The translations under genes and the position numbers were made by a program. DNA of 64,000 bases from positions 32,001-96,000 of the IMG/VR virus record IMGVR_UViG_3300033067_002581, one strand, 5' to 3'. Shown piece after piece: positions 18,676 through 28,585 of the stretch. The notes beneath the pieces were generated by a model. That model worked only from the letters and a program-made list of their open reading frames with translations, made no database searches and was not told where the DNA came from. Within the stretch, counting starts at the first letter, position 1. The number at the start of each line of letters is the position of its first letter. Origin of the DNA: a virus. Taxonomy: Duplodnaviria > Caudoviricetes.

Positions 18676-21411
18676 TCACAGCGCCAGGCCTCTGTTATCA
18701 CGCAGCTTGATAGCAACCTTCTTATCAGCGGATGAGACGTCTGCGTTGCGTGACATCGATTGGATGGCGCTTGCGACCGACGGTGCACCTTCAAGGGCGC
18801 CGTATGCATCAGCGAAACCAAACGTGACCTGCGATTCAAACTTTCCTGGTGCGATAGAGTGCGTCAGCTGCGTCACGATATACAGATTGTCAGCCGTCGT
18901 CCCAGTCATGAAATCGATGAACCACACCTGAGCGAGTTGAAGCAGAGCGCAGCCGAGTGTCGTCATCTGCAACGTTGAAGGTATGACCCTCAGCGGCAAC
19001 CCACCAGTCCCAGCACCGTTCGGCTGCGTGTTGTTCTTCTTACCAGCGCGCAGCATCTGCACTGTGGACAGAAGCGCCTCGTGCTGCGATGACAGGTTAG
19101 CGCTTATTATTGACGTCGCTGACGTACCATAAACGAGCGTTGGGACGAGAGCGGCGACGGCCGTCTTAAGCGAGGCGTTCGTGGCACCATCAATCTTCCT
19201 GACACCAGAAGAATCGCTGACTATCTGTTGAGCCAGCTGTTTGATAAGCGACACGTTGTTGGCGTCGGCTGTCTCTGCGGCTCGTCGCAGCGAGTCGCGA
19301 GACACCTCATAGAACGTTGACGACCCGTCATTAGCCCTAAGAAACGAGCCCGCGGCGCGATATGGGTGACACTGCTTGTCGTAAACGTGGATACGCATGA
19401 CCCGGCCGCCGTCTGTTGATGGCGCTGATTCAACGTATATCTCGATGACTGGTTTCCTGAAGACGCCGTGCTTGCCGAGAAGCTCTGCTGTCCTTGACTC
19501 TCGCTTAGCGTTCTGCGTCGGATCCTCAACGAATCCCGCTTTAGAATCGTACGTATAAAACGAGCGAAGTCCGTAGCCAACGGATCGCGGATCGCTGATC
19601 GTCGCGTCAGACAGCACGGACGTGAACTCCTCTATCGTGACATTCTCAGTCCCGCCGCGCTCCGCGTGCTCCCTCCACTGATCCAGAAACACCTGCATCT
19701 CTACTGGAAACTCGCCTATGTTCGTGCTGCTTACAGGACCCGCCTGCGGGTTAAGCGTGTAGAAGAACACCTGGACGTCTAGGTTGCCATCAGCTGACAG
19801 CAGCGCTGGCACGATAAACGAGCAGAAAACTTTTGCGAATGACGCGATCTTTTTCTCTGATCTCTTCACACCGCTAGTTGGCGCGGCGTTCCTGACTGAG
19901 ACAAAACCAGCGACTGGATGCTCTGGGTATTTGTCAGCGTCTGGAAGGAACGGGTCGATCCCGTCTCTCGCCTTGGAGAACTTATCTGACATCTCAGTTG
20001 AGACAGTCCTTTTAAAGGAGACCAAATCAGAAGGTAGCTGCCTCAGCTGAGCTATCAGGCGCTTCTGTTGCTGCGAGCTTACTTTTGGATCTGGTTGCTC
20101 GATCGTCTTGAGCAGGCGCGCCACTGAATCGCGCAGGTCTTGTGACGAGAAGTTGGTCAGTGAGCCTCTCTCCACACCGTCAAGCAGCTGTAGGGGTCGT
20201 ATCTCAGTCAGCGCTCCTGATTCCTGGTCCAGTCCCTTGGCGCGCCTGTACGCCGCCAGGTCATCCCTGAGCTGCGTAAGCTTGCGTAACAACGCGACAC
20301 TTGACGTTGACGACTCAGACACTTTAGTGCTCTTGATCTCAGACGCGCCCCTGGTGAACAGCTCGAGGTCAACCTTGACTGAGCCTCCGCTCTCGAACGA
20401 GTACGAGGCGTTAACGATACCATAACTCTCTCTCACTGACGACTGAGAGTTTATCAGCTCCGCGTATGGGTTTCCCGGCTCGTCTGGATGACGCCACCCA
20501 TAGGTCATATTGACCGTCGTCTTTGGATAGACTTCTGGTTTCAGAAAATCGCTGAGCTCAGTCATGCGACTGCGATCGTGCAGAACAAAGCTAAGTTTTG
20601 CACGCTTGTATGAAAACATGCCGACAGTCGGCGTGACCGATATCTCAGCGCCGAGCAGCGACGCCATCGGTCTTGTTGGATCAATCACACTGACGTATCG
20701 AGCGCCAGCTGATAGCTGCGTCGCCGACATCATTGACTGAGGCGCCGTGAAGACCTCCATCCCAGCCGTCACCGTCTCCCTGTCGCTGTTAACGCTTCTG
20801 GCGCTGTCAAGCATGACCCTGTCAGCACCAGAGGTTACGTCACTCGCTCCAAGCAGAAATTTTATAAGCCCGGGAGCCTGAGCGCCAGAATCAAACCTGG
20901 GTCTGTCAAAGACGAACTCTATGTCTAGCCTTGGCACGCAGCGAGACATGACATGCGTAGGAACCGCCGACAGAAACATCTGAGCTTGTCGCGCTCCTCT
21001 AACAGCAGGATGCACATATGGAGCGTCAATAAGCGCTATCGTCAGATCCCTGTCGTTCGCATCTGGCATGATCTGCTGCATGCTAGCCTCGAACTGCGAG
21101 CCATCGGAAGCCTTGCATAACTTCTGAGACCTACTGGTGTGTGTAGGGTATCCAGCCGTCGTGAACATTTTCAACACGTCTGCTAGCTGTTCTCTATCAG
21201 ACCTAGAGCCTTTTACAGAGACGCTATCAACTCTAGCTTTTAGCGCAGGCGTTGACAGGATCCCAGTCACTGGTGTCATCAAGAACGCGTCAAGAAGCAG
21301 TTGCGCGACGGAGTCTGACTGTCTGCCTGTCCTGAAGTCAACTGCGCCTGACAGATCAGACGGCGATAGCGCTCTGAAGATATCTTCTAACTTTGATCCG
21401 ATCGGCATCAC
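18676..21411 (-). CDS. putative baseplate hub protein
   Basis: 911 aa; C-terminal LG...YIVTQLTHSIAPGKFESQVTF resembles gp27/gpD hub C-termini; follows the LysM gene. Confidence 0.6.
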   Translation of the reverse strand: MMPIGSKLEDIFRALSPSDLSGAVDFRTGRQSDSVAQLLLDAFLMTPVTGILSTPALKARVDSVSVKGSRSDREQLADVLKMFTTAGYPTHTSRSQKLCKASDGSQFEASMQQIMPDANDRDLTIALIDAPYVHPAVRGARQAQMFLSAVPTHVMSRCVPRLDIEFVFDRPRFDSGAQAPGLIKFLLGASDVTSGADRVMLDSARSVNSDRETVTAGMEVFTAPQSMMSATQLSAGARYVSVIDPTRPMASLLGAEISVTPTVGMFSYKRAKLSFVLHDRSRMTELSDFLKPEVYPKTTVNMTYGWRHPDEPGNPYAELINSQSSVRESYGIVNASYSFESGGSVKVDLELFTRGASEIKSTKVSESSTSSVALLRKLTQLRDDLAAYRRAKGLDQESGALTEIRPLQLLDGVERGSLTNFSSQDLRDSVARLLKTIEQPDPKVSSQQQKRLIAQLRQLPSDLVSFKRTVSTEMSDKFSKARDGIDPFLPDADKYPEHPVAGFVSVRNAAPTSGVKRSEKKIASFAKVFCSFIVPALLSADGNLDVQVFFYTLNPQAGPVSSTNIGEFPVEMQVFLDQWREHAERGGTENVTIEEFTSVLSDATISDPRSVGYGLRSFYTYDSKAGFVEDPTQNAKRESRTAELLGKHGVFRKPVIEIYVESAPSTDGGRVMRIHVYDKQCHPYRAAGSFLRANDGSSTFYEVSRDSLRRAAETADANNVSLIKQLAQQIVSDSSGVRKIDGATNASLKTAVAALVPTLVYGTSATSIISANLSSQHEALLSTVQMLRAGKKNNTQPNGAGTGGLPLRVIPSTLQMTTLGCALLQLAQVWFIDFMTGTTADNLYIVTQLTHSIAPGKFESQVTFGFADAYGALEGAPSVASAIQSMSRNADVSSADKKVAIKLRDNRGLAL

Positions 21412-21710
21412 CCAGCCCTCGCGACGATGTCTAACGCTGACGCGAGATCAGGTATCTTGATCACCGTCCCGGGCGGACACTGCAACATCCATCCTATATC
21501 AGACGCGGCGGCTATCACCCACCAGTACCTTCCATCGCCATACACATCTCCAGCGATCGTATCAAGCCGCTCTGAACCCTTGACGTAGCTCTGCTTGTAG
21601 CTAATGGCGCCTGACGTCATCGCGTTCCTGATCGCTGATATCGCATCGCTCGTTCCTGTCTGCGTCGCGCCAGCGATGCGTGGCGCGCTGGCGTATCTGC
21701 TGATAGCCAT
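21408..21710 (-). CDS. LysM/gp53-like baseplate wedge protein
   Basis: ERLDTIAGDVYGDGRYWWVIAAA..PPGTVIKIP. Confidence 0.8.
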   Translation of the reverse strand: MAISRYASAPRIAGATQTGTSDAISAIRNAMTSGAISYKQSYVKGSERLDTIAGDVYGDGRYWWVIAAASDIGWMLQCPPGTVIKIPDLASALDIVARAG

Positions 21711-24199
21711 CAGCCGCTCCTACCAGCGCTATACGTTGGCGCTCGAGAGAAACCGAACCTGTCAAGTCCTGGAGCGATGTCGTGTATGACGCTAAAAACC
21801 ATGCTGATGGTTACGCTCATCGGAGCTCTCCTGTTTACGTCTGTCTCCCACATAGCCTTATCAAGCATGTTTATGCTAAGAGAGTCGATCTTTCCAGCGA
21901 GACCCACACCGCCTGCCTCGCGAAACGATTTGACGATAGCGTTACTATCATCAGCGAAAAACGCGTCAACCTCAGCTGAGCCACCAGCGGGCTGCCCAGA
22001 GACGCGCTTCTCGATGCTCCTGAGCGTCGCCTGCGTCGGTCGAAGCGCTGACACCTCTATGACATAAGACCCACCAGCGTAACGCTGGCCGTATTTTGTG
22101 ACGTCCACCTGTGACACGTCTGACTGCTCTGTGCTCTGTGAGATCGAGCATATAACGGCAGCGTCGCCTATAGATGATAGGACGGTGACAACAAACGTCC
22201 TCTGCGACGATAGCACGGTCGTGTCAAACACCGCCGCAGCGGATGGCGATTTGAGTGGCGCCGCGGCGTAAACACCCGGCGCGACGTAAAACGTATAGCC
22301 AGAACCTGGCTGCGTGGCCGTGGATCGGACGAGCGACGACAGAGCACCAGGATCGATCGCCGATGCATAATTGACCTGTGAGCCACCGAACTTCAGCCCG
22401 TCCTCACCATAGCCGAAGACGCGCTGAAGCGCAAACTTGCTATAATTCGATGTTATGACGTCTCCAACGCGAAGCCTGATCAGCGGCGACGCCGCGAACG
22501 TCTGACTGAAAGGTTGAACGAACCTATCCGTTCCTGAGGCGTCACTCTGCACCCACCTGCCACCATCAAACTGAGGGTATACGAGCGTCACAAGCTTGTT
22601 TATTTTTAACCACATCTCATCAAAATCAGCAGGAGACGTTGCGACAGCTATGAAATCAAGGGCGATCGAGCGAGAGGTGCTCTTATATGTCTGCACGGCG
22701 TCAACGCGCCCAAAGCCCTCAGACGACTCCCACTGAGGTGAGAACGAGTCCTGCAGGTGTGACAGGAACGCATTAAACGCGACGATCTCGTTCGTTCGCA
22801 GGTCGTGAAAGTAAAACGGGACGTACTCAGCGTTCAGCTGTCGCTCGATGCTCTCTCTGTCATCAGTTGAGATGCGAGCGCCACGAGACCGCCTGTCAAC
22901 TGATGACACGATGACGCTCTTCGTTGACGATATCGGTGATGTGAACCCAAGGCCCGGGACTCGTGACAGCTCACGTGACAGCGTGTCTGGTATGAGATAC
23001 GATGTCGGCGGAGCTGACGCTGCCGGGAATGAGACGCGGGCGTCATCACCCGCCGCAGCTGACAGCGCAAGATCACCGAGCGTGGCAAAGGCGCTCACGA
23101 TAGAGACTAGCTGTCTCCCTCTTGTTATCAGCGAGCTGATGTCAGCTGACGTCACATCATTTGGCGTGGCGCTAGCAGCGGACGCAGCTGACCTTATTAT
23201 GAACCGCGCTATCGTCAGCTTGAAACCTGCGTCGCCACCGACGATGTTTGTGAACGCTGAGAGGAACGCTCTCGATGTCTGAACGCCAAAGAACGCTGAC
23301 ACACCGGCGGCGATGCATAGCGAGAACGCGTTTTTAGTATTTGGGATGCCGACGAAGCGAGCGATAGACGAGAGCTGAGACGTGCTCGCGCTCGTTCCAA
23401 GCGGCCTGCGACCTGACGTCTCCAGCGCCGTGGGCGCTGCTGCCGCCGCGGCCGCGCGTGCTGTCGCGGCCGCGGCAGATAGCGCTAATGACACAGCTGA
23501 TATCACGCCAGCTGCGATAGTGATCGCCGCGGCTGACGTGATGCTGTCGTAAGGTGAAGCAGGTGACGACACCTGCCCCCACGTCACCTCAGTTGGTGAC
23601 GTTGTCGCCACACCAGTCGCGGCGACGCGTCTCAGCACATCTATCGCGCTTGATTGTGTGACAGCCCTGCGGACGGAGAAGAGCTGCTCGACGCTAAACG
23701 CGCTCATGCGACGTGGGTCAAACCCTTGCTGTGTCGCCGACGGATCGCCAGCAGCCTCAGCGGCGATGGCTGCGCCGACGTTAAACAGTCTAGCGTCATC
23801 TACCTTCGCGGATCCGCTGTTGATCGACGTAAGCTGCGACACATACGCTGACGTAGACCCTGGAGCTCTTTGCAGCGTATCGCCGCTGAGCATCACCAGC
23901 GATTCGGCGCCTGACGTTGACTTTGGGACGCGCTGACTGAACGAATCGTTCTTGACGACGATCGGCTGCGACCTGAGCGTCGTCTCGACTATCGCCTCAT
24001 CCGTCACACCGCGAACTGACGCTTTAGATGTGCCGCGGCCGAGCGACAGGTCACTCATATAGTGAGCGAGCGCAACTCTAGTGTTTTTTGGTATGTCGCG
24101 CGCGGCAGGCGCGGGCGTGACGTCAACCTCTGGCTCTATCTCTCCGTCTGAGAGACCGGCTGTCGGCGTGTACTGTCTGTTTCTGACCGTGATTGGCAT
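21710..24199 (-). CDS. putative baseplate/tail-tube initiator protein
   Basis: PFYFHDLRTNEIVAFNAFL, GRVDAVQTY, SPLIRLRVGD; located between tape measure and LysM gene. Confidence 0.6.
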   Translation of the reverse strand: MPITVRNRQYTPTAGLSDGEIEPEVDVTPAPAARDIPKNTRVALAHYMSDLSLGRGTSKASVRGVTDEAIVETTLRSQPIVVKNDSFSQRVPKSTSGAESLVMLSGDTLQRAPGSTSAYVSQLTSINSGSAKVDDARLFNVGAAIAAEAAGDPSATQQGFDPRRMSAFSVEQLFSVRRAVTQSSAIDVLRRVAATGVATTSPTEVTWGQVSSPASPYDSITSAAAITIAAGVISAVSLALSAAAATARAAAAAAAPTALETSGRRPLGTSASTSQLSSIARFVGIPNTKNAFSLCIAAGVSAFFGVQTSRAFLSAFTNIVGGDAGFKLTIARFIIRSAASAASATPNDVTSADISSLITRGRQLVSIVSAFATLGDLALSAAAGDDARVSFPAASAPPTSYLIPDTLSRELSRVPGLGFTSPISSTKSVIVSSVDRRSRGARISTDDRESIERQLNAEYVPFYFHDLRTNEIVAFNAFLSHLQDSFSPQWESSEGFGRVDAVQTYKSTSRSIALDFIAVATSPADFDEMWLKINKLVTLVYPQFDGGRWVQSDASGTDRFVQPFSQTFAASPLIRLRVGDVITSNYSKFALQRVFGYGEDGLKFGGSQVNYASAIDPGALSSLVRSTATQPGSGYTFYVAPGVYAAAPLKSPSAAAVFDTTVLSSQRTFVVTVLSSIGDAAVICSISQSTEQSDVSQVDVTKYGQRYAGGSYVIEVSALRPTQATLRSIEKRVSGQPAGGSAEVDAFFADDSNAIVKSFREAGGVGLAGKIDSLSINMLDKAMWETDVNRRAPMSVTISMVFSVIHDIAPGLDRFGFSRAPTYSAGRSG

Positions 24200-24345
24200 A
24201 TTGACGCGCTCACAAAGACGTTAGTCACTCGCACCGCGCTAAGCAATATAGCGCTCGCGCTAGCGTCTATCGAATAATCTCGTAAAACGCTAGCAACTAT
24301 CTCATCTTCTGAGAGATCATCCGCGAAGGTGCTAAGATCAATCAT
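24136..24345 (-). CDS. possible small hypothetical protein (MIDLSTFADD...)
   Basis: fills the gap after the tape measure; preceded by ATACGTA motif; overlaps the next gene by 64 nt. Confidence 0.3.
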   Translation of the reverse strand: MIDLSTFADDLSEDEIVASVLRDYSIDASASAILLSAVRVTNVFVSASICQSRSETDSTRRQPVSQTER

Positions 24346-24358
24346 ACGTATAACGCTA

Positions 24359-27300
24359 TCACTTCCTAGCAGAGATTGGTAACGGAGATGGCGATGATGG
24401 CGACTGAGGTATCTCTGGGACGGCCGCGGTGCCCCTGTACTGGACGTTGTTGAGCCTGTCACGGATCACAGACTCTTTTCTCTGAACAATCACCTTCTCA
24501 ACATCATCAGCTCTCATCGAGACTGACAGGTTCACGGTCAGCACGACGTCACGAGATCTGACGGTGTATTGCCCAGCGGAGCCCATACCTGGCAGCGCTG
24601 TGGCTATCTGCTGAAGCTTCGTCGCGATGTTTATCTTATTCGCGGCGACGTTGCCGAGCGCCGTGTCAAGGTCGTTAACGACCTTGACCATGTCAGCGAC
24701 GCCAGCAGCCGTCGATTCGACGACGCCAGACCTGACTGATTTCGCCAGGCTCTGCAGCGCGGTGAGCTTGACCTCACTGACCTTGTTGAGAGACCACACC
24801 ACTGACGACAGCTTGGAGGGTAGCGTGTCAGAGACTGGCCTGAGGTTCGCCTCAAGCTCGGCGAGCTTCACGCCGAGCTCCTTAAACGCTGAGACATCGA
24901 TCCTTCGCGCCTTGTCCCTCATCATCGCGAGCTCGTCGGTCATCGCTGAGAGCTGGTGAACCCTTGTGACCGGGTCGTCACCGCCACGAAGCTGAGCGTG
25001 TAATCGATTCGCGATGTCTGACGCCTCCTTGTCACGACTCTTCATATCAGCGAGTCGCTGTGACTGAGCCTCAGCGAGCGGCGACTGAGCCTTCACCATC
25101 TCACGTGCCGCCTTCTCAGCCAGCGCTTTCTCAGAGATTATCGCGTCCTGAGCCTTGTCCTGAGCGTCGCGCTTGCGCTTCTCTGCGAACTGCCTCTCTA
25201 GGAACTCGTACTTGTCAGAGATCTCTTTCTCTTTCTTTGCACGAGCGTCAAGCAGCTCCTCCTCGATGTCAAGCTCGTGACCGCTAGTCTCCCTACCCGA
25301 CAGAGAGCTCTTATACGTCTTGTTTCGCGAAGGTCTGATGTACAGGGCGCTGCTCCTGCGAACCGTCTCGAAGCTGCGAGTCACACTTTCCTTGACGTCA
25401 AGGAATAGCTCCTCCAGCCGCCGTCCGACCTTCACCTTGAGCACAGTCATGATGTCGTCGATGGCGTCCAGCAGACCACCGGTTGCTCGCTTGTCAGTGA
25501 GAGCGGCGACGATAGGCTGGAACAGCTGCGTGGCAAACGAGCCACCAGACCTCGCGCCTGATGATAGCGAGCGCAGGGCTGATGATGGATCATACAGGAA
25601 GTCAGCGAGGAACTTCAGCCCACGCTCAAGCGAGCCGATCGCCCACGTTATGCCCTCCCCAACGACTTTTGACACAGTCAGCAGGAACGTCTTCAGTCCC
25701 GAGATGATCTTCTGTCCGCCTGGCGCCTCTGAGCTCAGGAAATCAAAGAACGAGCTCCTCAGCCTCGTCATCAGGTCGCCGAAGCTCATCCTCCCGGTCG
25801 TCACGTCTCTGAAGAACTGCTCCAGAGATCTCCTGAAGCTAGCCGCGAACTTCCTGAACCTGTCAGGCTTGAAGAGGTCGCTGAACCCTTCAAGCAGCGT
25901 CCTGACGCCAGGAAACAGGTCGACGAACGAGCGACCCAACTTCGCGCCCTCGCGCCACACTGACATCAGCGCGTTGCGAAGGTTAAAGACGCTCCTCGTG
26001 AACGGGCCTGACGTCATCACGCCACGAGAGAAACCTTTCAACATCGCGTCAAAGAACCCAGTGAACTCCGGGCCCTGCCTGACGAGTCGCTCGATCGACG
26101 CTGACAGCTTGGCAAGCGCCTCGGCCTGCGTCAGCTGCTTCTTCTCAGCCTGCTCAGACTTCTTCTTAAGCATGTCAAGAGACAGTCCCTGGTTCTGCAT
26201 CGAGAAGGCGAGCCGCGCCGTGGCCTCATCAAGGCCAGTCGTCTGCGAAAGGAGCTTGAGCTCCTGCCTGGTCATCCCTTCAGTCGTCCTACCAGCAGCG
26301 AAGAACGACTTTCGAAGCGCGTCTATCTGCTCGTCAGGTGACTGCGCCTCCATCAGAGAGAACGCGTCGACGAGGACACCAAATGACTGCGACAGCTTCG
26401 CGGCGTTCTCGGCCGCTGAATCAAACGTCTCAAACGCTGACAACGTACCGACGATGCGATCGAGCTCAAGACCAAGTTTCCTGGCATAGACTGAGGCTGT
26501 CGATATCTGCTTGACAGTCGCGCCACCAAAGTGGGCGACGTCACCCAGAGCCTTTCCGACGTCACGAGATATGACCTTTGAGTCGACCCCGAACGCCTTA
26601 CCCAGAGCTATCGCCTGCGACGTCATGGTCACGAGGACGTTCCTACCAGACCTACCCGCCGAGATCGCGACCTCGCCGACTGCCTTTAGCTCCTCATTCG
26701 CGAGCCCCAGCCCCTTCTGGAACGCTATTATCGCCCCGCCGTCAGCCTCAAACTCAGACCGAAGCTTGCCGAACACAGGGCCCATAGTCGTCGCGAGCTC
26801 TCTGACGTACTCTAATCTTTGCGCAAAATTACCGATGACACCCCACGCTGACAGCCCTGTCGCGCTGAAGCCTTTCATGTCTGAAGAGATGCTCACGACC
26901 GCTGACGACACTGGACCAGCGAGGTCACCGAACTGCCTCCTCACGCCCTCGACCTGCGTCTGTATCTCGACTAGTATGCCCGCAACATCGTTTGACAGCC
27001 TCACGAAGCCCTCAAACACGTTAAACGGGATCGCTATGATAGCCTTGCCGACCTCTAAGAGACTTGACGCTATGCCTGTGACGAAGCCGACAGCGCTGGA
27101 TGCGACCGACGCTAGACCGCTGACAGCGTTCGCTAGCGCTTTGACAGCTATGATCGCAAGCGCAGCGCCACCTCCTGTTGTCGCCATAGCTGTCAAAGCC
27201 TTGTCAGCCTTTAGCGACTCGTTGAGTAGCTTAGTGACTGAGTCGTCTGTTGCGTCTCCTACGCTCTTCAGCGATTTTGACACTTTCTTTGACGTGTCAG

Positions 27301-27562
27301 ACAGCGACGTCGCTGAATCTATCAGGTCGTCAAAATCCGTGTCTCTGACAGCGTCTCGCATGTCAGAGATCAGATCTCGCTGCGACTCCTGCTGGCGCAG
27401 CATCTTCTCAAGCAGCTTGCTCTGCTTCTGAAGCTCAGCCGTTATGTCTCTAGAGATGTCTAGGTTGTCTCGCTTAGCGCGAGCTGACTTTGGATCGGTC
27501 GATGCGTCAGTCGACGCTGAATCGCCAGACTTTGACCCGATGCTTACCTTGATGTCAGCCAT
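24359..27562 (-). CDS. tail tape-measure protein (putative)
   Basis: 1067-aa Ala/Leu/Ser-rich helical protein with hydrophobic segment, upstream of baseplate genes. Confidence 0.75.
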   Translation of the reverse strand: MADIKVSIGSKSGDSASTDASTDPKSARAKRDNLDISRDITAELQKQSKLLEKMLRQQESQRDLISDMRDAVRDTDFDDLIDSATSLSDTSKKVSKSLKSVGDATDDSVTKLLNESLKADKALTAMATTGGGAALAIIAVKALANAVSGLASVASSAVGFVTGIASSLLEVGKAIIAIPFNVFEGFVRLSNDVAGILVEIQTQVEGVRRQFGDLAGPVSSAVVSISSDMKGFSATGLSAWGVIGNFAQRLEYVRELATTMGPVFGKLRSEFEADGGAIIAFQKGLGLANEELKAVGEVAISAGRSGRNVLVTMTSQAIALGKAFGVDSKVISRDVGKALGDVAHFGGATVKQISTASVYARKLGLELDRIVGTLSAFETFDSAAENAAKLSQSFGVLVDAFSLMEAQSPDEQIDALRKSFFAAGRTTEGMTRQELKLLSQTTGLDEATARLAFSMQNQGLSLDMLKKKSEQAEKKQLTQAEALAKLSASIERLVRQGPEFTGFFDAMLKGFSRGVMTSGPFTRSVFNLRNALMSVWREGAKLGRSFVDLFPGVRTLLEGFSDLFKPDRFRKFAASFRRSLEQFFRDVTTGRMSFGDLMTRLRSSFFDFLSSEAPGGQKIISGLKTFLLTVSKVVGEGITWAIGSLERGLKFLADFLYDPSSALRSLSSGARSGGSFATQLFQPIVAALTDKRATGGLLDAIDDIMTVLKVKVGRRLEELFLDVKESVTRSFETVRRSSALYIRPSRNKTYKSSLSGRETSGHELDIEEELLDARAKKEKEISDKYEFLERQFAEKRKRDAQDKAQDAIISEKALAEKAAREMVKAQSPLAEAQSQRLADMKSRDKEASDIANRLHAQLRGGDDPVTRVHQLSAMTDELAMMRDKARRIDVSAFKELGVKLAELEANLRPVSDTLPSKLSSVVWSLNKVSEVKLTALQSLAKSVRSGVVESTAAGVADMVKVVNDLDTALGNVAANKINIATKLQQIATALPGMGSAGQYTVRSRDVVLTVNLSVSMRADDVEKVIVQRKESVIRDRLNNVQYRGTAAVPEIPQSPSSPSPLPISARK

Positions 27563-27575
27563 TAGCGATCACACC

Positions 27576-27863
27576 TCACAGAGGCCAGCGAACGCCAAAG
27601 CATCTCTCAAACTCAGCCGCTGATCTGGTCTTCGCGTTTAGTGCCGTCATGACTGACTCGACGTCAGCGCCAGGTTTCGAGATCTCCTGCTGAAACTTCT
27701 TTGATGATACCATCGCGCGCGCCAGAGCAAGCGCCTCAAGCTTAGACGCGCGCACCCTAAGAGAGATCGCCTTACCAGCTAACCACGCAGCGACGGCGAC
27801 AAACAGGAGTTTACCGACGCCGTTTATGTGTAGCTCGTTTAATCGTCTGTCTTGGTTCATCAC
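27576..27863 (-). CDS. hypothetical protein
   Basis: 95 aa; RRLNE near N-terminus, hydrophobic stretch, ends GVRWPL. Confidence 0.65.
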   Translation of the reverse strand: MMNQDRRLNELHINGVGKLLFVAVAAWLAGKAISLRVRASKLEALALARAMVSSKKFQQEISKPGADVESVMTALNAKTRSAAEFERCFGVRWPL

Positions 27864-28227
27864 CAGCTCTCAATCTATGATCATCTGCAACGCTTTTGAT
27901 CTCATCAGCTTTCATGCGAAATTCTTCAGCTGTCGCAGCGTCAAGTGGAATCTCATCTCCACGAACATGATCATAGCAGTTTGCTGCATAGCATAAATCG
28001 TCATGCGCACGTATGCACGCATTGAATGCTTCATAGTGAGAAGACGGAGCGTTGTTGCTCTTTGCGACGGCGCTTAAAGCAAGCGCATTCTTTAGCGCAA
28101 CAGATGCACTAGCCGCTGATTCACTCGCCTCTAATTCTCTACTACGATGTATGACCGGCGCATCAAACATGCGATAGAGATCGCTGTTTGAGATCACTTC
28201 TTTTATCAGAGACTTGAGCAATTTCAT
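27811..28227 (-). CDS. hypothetical leader-bearing protein (MKLLKSLIKE)
   Basis: start re-assigned to the ATG just after the upstream stop; shared leader. Confidence 0.6.
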   Translation of the reverse strand: MKLLKSLIKEVISNSDLYRMFDAPVIHRSRELEASESAASASVALKNALALSAVAKSNNAPSSHYEAFNACIRAHDDLCYAANCYDHVRGDEIPLDAATAEEFRMKADEIKSVADDHRLRAGDEPRQTIKRATHKRRR

Positions 28228-28228
28228 C

Positions 28229-28585
28229 TTACAACCACTGTTCGGTCGCGCGAACCAAGACGCTGATGTCATCAGGCATCAAACCGTCTGTCAGTTCATC
28301 AAACGACATCTTCTGAAACCTGTCACGAACGTCTCTGTCGTACCCGTCAAACTCTTGATTGAGCAGCACTCTACGTTGACGCTCATCAGCAGCATCCCAC
28401 TTCAACTTCGCCGTAGCTTTTCTCTCAGCCTCTCGACGAGCCACAGCGGATCTTGATGACGAGCCACGCTTCTTTGGCTCGTGACGGTGAAAGATCGGGG
28501 CGTCTGTTCCCAGACCCGTCCACGTGCCCTTCACTTCACACACGCGAATCGATTCGCGCACCAATTCTTTTAACGAATGATTCAC
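28229..28585 (-). CDS. hypothetical leader-bearing protein (SLKELVRES)
   Basis: shared leader; DAPIFHR also present as DAPVIHR in the neighbour. Confidence 0.6.
   Translation of the reverse strand: MNHSLKELVRESIRVCEVKGTWTGLGTDAPIFHRHEPKKRGSSSRSAVARREAERKATAKLKWDAADERQRRVLLNQEFDGYDRDVRDRFQKMSFDELTDGLMPDDISVLVRATEQWL

Noticed and set aside
25320-27431. Long plus-strand ORFs (389 and 306 aa)
   Set aside because: Antisense shadows of the tape-measure gene; Ser-rich with no motifs
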